64,000 bases of DNA, taken from assembly GCA_032718475.1 (NCBI GenBank), contig JAUCBJ010000754.1, positions 6,849 to 70,848 on the forward strand. Reading direction: 5' to 3'. The position numbers and the translations under genes were made by a program. Source of the DNA: Nemertoderma westbladi. Taxonomy: Eukaryota; Animalia; Xenacoelomorpha. The notes beneath the pieces are model-generated. The model saw only the letters and a list, made by a program, of their open reading frames with translations, was not told the DNA's origin and ran no database searches. Of this stretch, positions 23,501-64,000 are shown piece after piece. Numbering within the stretch: position 1 is the stretch's first letter; the number at the start of each line of letters is the position of its first letter.

Positions 23501-25170
23501 AGAGAGAAAGCCGCCCCAATATTAGATTATTACAACAACATATCCATTGGGTAAGAAAGTGGAGGAGAGCCAGCCCGTCTCTTAATTTTTTACTTTATAT
23601 TACGCGATCAATTTTCACTCATCTCGTCATGAACCCAACATGTATGTAACCTTTTGTTAAATTTGTTGGTTATGCGTTTGCGGTTGTTTGGGCGGAGTGT
23701 GGTAGGCCTACACTTTTCACACTTAAATATTTTGGTTGTGAAATGTTACAGGGCATAGCGATCTGAGATATTTCATTTATATTTTATTATGAGAGGAAGA
23801 AGAACATACAACGTTATTTACTATGTAACAATATAATTGTTTTCGGGTTTAATTTGGAAGCCTCCCCAAATAGTTGATATACAATTATAATTTAAAATTA
23901 TTTCCATGGTCATGGTCATTCACCCGTCTTTAGTTAGAAATTTGTTTGCATGAAAGACAGTTTAGTTTAGTTTTTACTGATTTATTATCTCTTATCTGAC
24001 TGGGGTAATAATAAAGGATAGGATAAATGGAAGCAAAGTGTGACAGTAACAAATATTTCAACGTCACCCTAGCATGTCTTAAGAATATGATATATCAAAG
24101 GGGGAAGTTTGGATTCACTGCATAAATGCAGTTCACCAAACTTCCCCCGAATGCACACTGTAACTTCCCCCTTCCCCAAAATATCCACTGTTGAATTAAT
24201 TTGAAGCGATATAATAAGTACAAAATTGTGCGAGTTTTTAATTGTGTGGTCCAATTGTTATTTGATTTCTATTTATTATTTAAAGTGCATTTAATATCAC
24301 ACTGGTTTTTAGAATATTATACTATACAACCTTATGTTTTATTAATTTACCCAATCGAAGCCTCACAAGGGCCGGTTATTTGTACGCATATCCCCTAATG
24401 CGCTCAGTAAGGTTCAAACAACATATTAATATGAAAATAAAGTATCTGCAAAGAAAATAACCCAATACTATATAATTTGACCTTATTAAAAAATTTGCAC
24501 TTTTGCACACTTATTTGTACAAATGCACTTTAGCAGATCGTAATGGTGGCTCTTATTTAACAAACTTATGTTTATCCTCTACCGATCTACGATGGTGTAT
24601 GATCAAGTGTCAGTCGCTAAAAGTGTCAAAAATCCAATTTAATAAATCTGGATTTGCGATTTTGGACCATATTCATGGACATTTTAAGTCACTTTATAGA
24701 CATAAAAAGTTAAACAAATGTTACGATTATAGTTAGAAATCATTCCAAACTACATTTTAATCCAAATAATAACATTCTACGATGAATAGAACTGGAAATA
24801 ATAGTGTTTGAAATATCGAAAAAATGTGCACTATTTAAGTGCATTTTGCACTAAGTGCACATAAGTCTTTTCCCAAGTCTTATCCTATTTCACACACTAC
24901 AATCTATCCTCTATCCAATGAAAAAAGTTTCAGATTAAACGGCCCTGTAGAACCGAAGTTATTTATGTTTAAAAATAGTCACTCGAAAATTTCAAATTCT
25001 CTTGGTCACATAGTCTAGTGGTTATCAATCACGTTAATGAAACCTAAGTTCGCGGGTTCGAAATCCAATATTGACCTGACCATTCTTAATTTTTTTGCAA
25101 AAAAAATTATTTTTATTTTTTCACTAAAATCGCTCTAACTTCGGTTCTGGTGGTCCAAATTCAATAAAAT
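23501..25170. mobile_element. Unclassified AT-rich insertion in the 3' LTR (probable non-autonomous TE fragment)
   Basis: Absent from the 5' LTR, where the position holds 36 bp (9776-9811). No TSD or terminal IR seen. Internal 13-bp IR AGAACCGAAGTTA (24949) / TAACTTCGGTTCT (25136). Confidence 0.6.
25004..25076 (+). pseudogene. Degenerate tRNA-like sequence (pseudo-tRNA or SINE head)
   Basis: 73 nt; GGTCA..TGACC acceptor-like pairing; A box TAGTCTAGTGG at position 8 and B box GGTTCGAAATCC at position 52; anticodon arm does not pair. Confidence 0.5.
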
Positions 25171-25960
25171 CTCTTAGTAATTAGTACGCTGTTACATATT
25201 TGTGACTGTAATTAGTTAGTGAAATTAAGAATTAGTACGCAGCATAGCGGAGAGTAGCTAAGGTAATAATTAGAGTACCGTAAACTATTCACGCTGAGCG
25301 GTTATTTGCATTAGCGGGAAATAAGCTAGATCGCATTATTCAGTACGCACAACACACTAGTAATTTGCTGGCCTAAAGCCAGCTGCAGGCAAGTTTAGAC
25401 CCAGAGCGGTATTACCCACGTAGAGACAAAATACTGTACCATTTTTGATTATATTAAATATTCTCGCATTCATACATTCCGTTAGGGAACCCCCAGTATT
25501 CGCGATTAGAAAAGACGTAGGCATTATCGTATTTCAATAGTAAATTTAGGCATAAGAATACTCTGAGTGCAAAGCCTCTCGCACTCGTCTTAAGTAAGCT
25601 TAGGGAGCCGACTCGGGTTTATTGTTTTGGTTATTCCCGCGTGGCTCATAGATTCGAACAGTTAGCTCTCTGTCGAGCGATCGGCAGAGAAAGGAACAAG
25701 CGATTTTGCAGGAGTTGTGTAAATTTAGTAAAATATATTAGCGGACGGCAGATTAGCGCCATCCAACGGTAAATAGCGGTTTTGTATTTAGCAGCCCTAC
25801 AATTTAGTAATAGCACGCTCCTGATCGCCTTTACTTAACAGTAGAGCAGTCTTTGTGTCTTATTGGTTAGGCGGGAACTCATTAGGTTGGCAGAGAAGTA
25901 TACGGGTATTTGTCTGTTCAACAGTTCTGCTGTTAGTATAGGGGTCGCGGTTGTTTATCA

Positions 25961-28116
25961 AGATCAGAGACTCACTTAATAAAGAGATCAGAGACTCACT
26001 TAATAAGGAGATCAGAGACTCACTTAATAAGGAGATCAGAGACTCACTTAATAAGGAGATCAGTGACTCACTTAATAAGGAGATTAGTGACTCACTTAAT
26101 AAGGAGATCAGAGACTCACTTAATAAGGAGATCAGAGACTCACTTAATAAAGATATTAGTGACTCACTTAATAAGGAGATCAGAGATTCACTTAATAAGG
26201 AGATCAGAGACTCACTTAATAAGGAGATCAGTGACTCACTTAATAAGGAGATTAGTGACTCACTTAATAAGGAGATCAAAGACTCACTTAATAAGGAGAT
26301 CAGAGACTCACTTAATAAGGAGATTAGTGACTCACTTAATAAGGAGATCAGAGACTCACTTAATAAAGAGATCAGAGACACACTTAATAAGGAGATCAGA
26401 GACTCACTTAATAAGGAGTTCAGAGACTCACTTAATAAGGAGATCAGTGACTCACTTAATAAGGAGATCAGAGACTCACTTAATAAAGAGATTAGTGAGT
26501 CACTTAATAAAGATATTAGTGACTCACTTAATAAGGAGATCAGTGACTCACTTAATAAAGAGATCAGAGACTCACTTAATAAGGAGATTAGTGACTCACT
26601 TAATAAGGAGATCAGAGACTCACTTAATAAAGAGATCAGAGACACACTTAATAAGGAGATCAGAGACTCACTTAATAAGGAGTTCAGAGACTCACTTAAT
26701 AAGGAGATCAGTGACTCACTTAATAAGGAGATCAGAGACTCACTTAATAAAGAGATTAGTGAGTCACTTAATAAAGATATTAGTGACTCACTTAATAAGG
26801 AGATCAGTGACTCACTTAATAAGGAGATCAGAGACTCACTTAATAAAGAGATTAGTGAGTCACTTAATAAAGATATTAGTGACTCACTTAATAAGGAGAT
26901 CCGAGACTCACTTAATAAGGAGATCCGAGACTCACTTAATAAGGAGATCAGAGACTCACTTAATAAGGTGATCAGAGACTCACTTAATAAGGAGATCAGA
27001 GACTCACTTAATACGGAGATCAGAGACTCACATAATAAGGAGATCAGTGACTCACTTAATAAGGAGATTAGTGACTCACTTAATAAGGAGATCAGAGACT
27101 CACTTAATAAGGAGATCAGAGACTCACTTAATAAAGATATTAGTGACTCACTTAATAAGGAGATCAGAGACTCACTTAATAAGGAGAACAGAGACTCACT
27201 TAATAAGGAGATCAGAGACTCACTTAATAAGGAGATCAGAGACTCACTTAATAAGGAGATCAGAGTCTCACTTAATAAGGAGATCAGTGACTCACTTAAT
27301 AAGGAGATCAGTGACTCACTTAATAACGAGATCAGAGACTCACTTAATAAGGAGATCAGAGACTCACTTAATAAGGAGATCAGTGACTCACTTAATAAGG
27401 AGATTAGTGACTCACTTAATAAGGAGATCAGAGACTCACTTAATAAGGAGATCAGAGACTCACTTAATAAGGAGATCAGAGACTCACTTAATAAGGAGAT
27501 CAGAGACTCACATAATAAGGAGATCAGTGACTCACTTAATAAGGAGATTAGTGACTCACTTAATAAGGAGATCAGAGACTCACTTAATAAGGAGATCAGA
27601 GACTCACTTAATAAGGAGATCAGAGACTCACTTAATAAGGAGATCAGAGACTCACTTAATAAGGAGATCAGAGACTCACTTAATAAGGAGATCAGAGACT
27701 CACTTAATAAGGAGATCAGAGACTCACTTAATAAGGAGATCAGAGACTCACTTAATAAGGAGATTAGTGACTCACTTAATAAGGAGATCAGAGACTCACT
27801 TAATAAGGAGATCAGAGACTCACTTAATAAGGAGATTAGTGACTCACTTAATAAGGAGATCAGAGACTCACTTAATAAGGAGATCAGAGACTCACTTAAT
27901 AAGGAGATCAGTGACTCACTTAATAAGGAGATCAGAGACTCACTTAATAAAGAGATTAGTGACTTACTTAATAAAGAGATTAGTGACTCACTTAATAAGG
28001 AGATCAGAGACTCACTTAATAAAGAGATTAGAGACTCACTTAATAAAGAGATTAGTGACTCACTTAATAAGGAGATCAGAGACTCACTTAATAAAGAGAT
28101 TAGAAGAGAGACTCAC
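25961..28116. repeat. 24-bp tandem satellite A, right block (about 89 units), running up to the exon 8 splice donor
   Basis: Same unit as 1-7248; resumes in register after the TSD. Confidence 0.99.
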
Positions 28117-61414
<33,298 letters not shown>

Positions 61415-63938
61415 ATTTATTGTCTCTTCCAATATAGTTCCGATTTTTAGTACCAGTAGTCAGTACATGCAACAACAGAGACAGTAAACAAAACACAGCT
61501 TATTAAAACGAAAGTGTATGGCGTATGCCAGGGTATATAAAATTAGAAATAATTTGTAAATGTTGATTGTTAGGTACACATTGCTTTCCTACTGTCAGAC
61601 TGTAACAGTACCATGTGAATTACTTATTCAACACATGGAACTGAACAATTAATTACTGAATTACCATGGTTACAATTACAGTAATTATACTGTTAGGATT
61701 ATTATTGTCCGCTTGAGACATTTAAATTGGTGCATTTTATCCTTCGCATAGGCCTAGGGTACTCTGCATACAGCAGTACAGTACAACAAATCGCACTCCT
61801 ATACACTACACAACACGCACATGACATTAGAGTAACTGCAAACAACACGCCTTGCTATTTATTAATTTATTCACCAGGGAGTTTACCTGATGCTAAATGC
61901 TGCTTGCTAGCAACTGGCCCAGCTGGAAAATAGCGAAATTTACTGACCAATCAAAATGGAGGGGAGGACTGATAAAACCCTGTGAAGCTGCTCCTCACAT
62001 TGCCATTATTGTGTGCCACACTCCATTTTATGAGACGTGTTCTGTGCAAACTGTGCAGCGCGTTATTTTCATTATTTTCTATCATTTCTAGATGTGATAA
62101 GTTATTGAAATGATTGATGAATTTAATTGATAACTGATGAATGTTATTGATTGTTTGATAAAAGTTACTGAAATAACGAATCGAATACATTGAAACATTT
62201 AGCAAACTGCCAGTAATCTGTGTAAAATTATAATGTAGACCTGTAGCCTTTATGAATACTCCTTTATCAGTGGGAGTTGTGTAGCAAACATACAGTATGC
62301 CATTTCATATAAATACTTAACAAAATATATAATAAATTACTAAGTGATAGTTGACAATAATTATTGTCTGTCATTAAAGATTGGAATATTAGGCATTTCC
62401 GCTACATATTGGACTAAACGAGAGTTTATTGACAGCAACAAGTAGCGTAGAGCAGTCAAACAACACATTTATTATGACGAATATATGATGTTATTTATAA
62501 ATTACTAATCAAATGACGTACCATTCACTTGTGTTTATTCTGAATTGATTAACAGGAATTGGAAGTTATCTCTTCATAGAATTGATATGTTTGTTTTATA
62601 ATTTTCATGACAGGCATGGAGTTGTGCAAAATGCCAATGATTTGTGGGGCGAGCCGATGAAGTAAGCGACCTTGCATACAGGTAGAGTTGTTTTAATCGT
62701 GTCTGTCGGGCGGTCTATATGTCTGTCTCTAGGCAACCATCTGAAGGCTAAAACTCTCAATATTCATCGGGGTTGGGTGAATTCTATGTTCTTTTTTACA
62801 GTTTATTATTAAATTTAACTTCGTTATTACACATTTATAGCCTTTTAATCTTGCTGGACATATTGTAAATTAAAAAAAAACAAAAGGGAAGCCGCTACTA
62901 ATTATTGCTTAGGATGTTTAAAGTTTTTCACAGTGTCTATTGAAAGTGGCAATCACTGACTGAGAGACATAACTCTGTAGGAAGCTACTGTAAGGTCACC
63001 AGACAGCCGACATGCTTTGGTTTGCAGCAATCTAACGGCTGGCTGCTGATGTATGGGAAACCCCAGCCTGACAGAAGTTCTTACTGGCAGGTATTTATAG
63101 GTAAATGTAATATGTGTGACACAGCGATCAAACCACATTCTTATATGCTGTAACAAAAAATTGTTTCAGGCAATAAAATACGATATCAGTGTTGGCATAT
63201 TAATTCTGTCTTTACTTACTTTTAGACACTTTTAGAGTTCATTAGTATACTACTGTACTGTAATAAGTAATAGAACATAGGCCTACTTGTTATATATACT
63301 TTTGGAATCATCAGTTACCGGTATTACACATTGAATTACTGTTCCCTAACCGCAATCAGTATTATTTGTGATCCTTACCGATAATGTACTCCTGACTCCT
63401 TTCTGCAAGTCTATCTGTCTGAAAATAGTGTCATACCGTTGTCCTGTATGATCTGCTGATTATACTGTAATGGACGTGGCATCAGATGTGAGATGTTTCA
63501 GCAAAACAAGGTACACACACCACCCATGCTGCTTGTTAAATCTAAAATGTATTTTATAGGCCTACGATATCACGACAACGAGCAAGCTAATTATAAACAA
63601 GTACAGTAGAAATACTATTGGCGTCAGTTTGTGGTACTCGTCTCAGTTGTCACTAATTGAACATGTACCGGTACAAAAAAGTATCTCTTCATTTCATTAC
63701 CCTTTATTTATTTAACCATTGGGGCTTTTCCCTTTGTGTAATTCAGTAATTTCCCTGTTTGGTTTCTTAATATCTGCTGATCACTGGTTACAGTTAACTT
63801 ATTCATCTCAGTTTTTGTCTTACAGTTTCCAAGTTTCACATAGTAAAAAATAAAATGATAAATATTCATAATATTATGTAAAAACACAAACCTAAAGCAC
63901 GACCGGTACGCGGTAAATACAATATCTACATCATAGTG

Positions 63939-64000
63939 CATAACAAAAACATAACAAAAACATAACAAAAACATAACAAAAACATAACAAAAACATAACA
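63939..64000. repeat. 11-bp tandem repeat CATAACAAAAA, cut by the window end
   Basis: At least 5 consecutive copies. Confidence 0.9.

Larger units (their letters stand above)
7249..25960 (+). mobile_element. BEL/Pao LTR retrotransposon, both LTRs present, coding-defective
   Basis: Two near-identical LTRs with TGTTAC...TTATCA termini, 5-bp TSD AGATC (7244-7248 and 25961-25965), internal order gag-PR-RT-RH-IN with BEL/Pao motifs. Confidence 0.97.
22102..25960 (+). repeat. 3' LTR, interrupted by a 1670-bp insertion with a 36-bp deletion
   Basis: Starts TGTTACAGTATATGGCGC, ends GGTTGTTTATCA and is followed by the TSD AGATC. Confidence 0.96.

Noticed and set aside
23501-25170. Missing host exon 9 (expected DVRG.GL motif) inside the LTR insertion
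   Set aside because: No such peptide was found on the minus strand; the remaining exons must lie left of the window.

Overview
Animal (invertebrate-type) genomic DNA. The window covers the 5' part of one spliced minus-strand gene for a class-III PLP aminotransferase of the ETNPPL/PHYKPL (AGXT2-like) family: 8 exons rebuilt by hand (about 1075 bp of CDS between 61414 and 28117), with the remaining exons left of the window. Its introns are inflated by four tandem arrays (24-, 51-, 27- and 22-bp units). A defective BEL/Pao LTR retrotransposon (7249-25960, TSD AGATC, 2.2-kb LTRs each with its own nested insertion, extra zinc-knuckle ORF after pol) lies in the 24-bp array. A hAT (hATm-like) DNA transposon (51172-54778, 8-bp TSD) lies in the 22-bp array, and a tRNA-derived SINE lies in intron 1. 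Most long ORFs in the track are translations of satellite DNA. The most unusual signals are that the 24-bp and 51-bp arrays start exactly at real 5' splice sites and repeat them hundreds of times, and that the retrotransposon carries a non-env third ORF. Family assignments come from motif recognition only; no searches were run.
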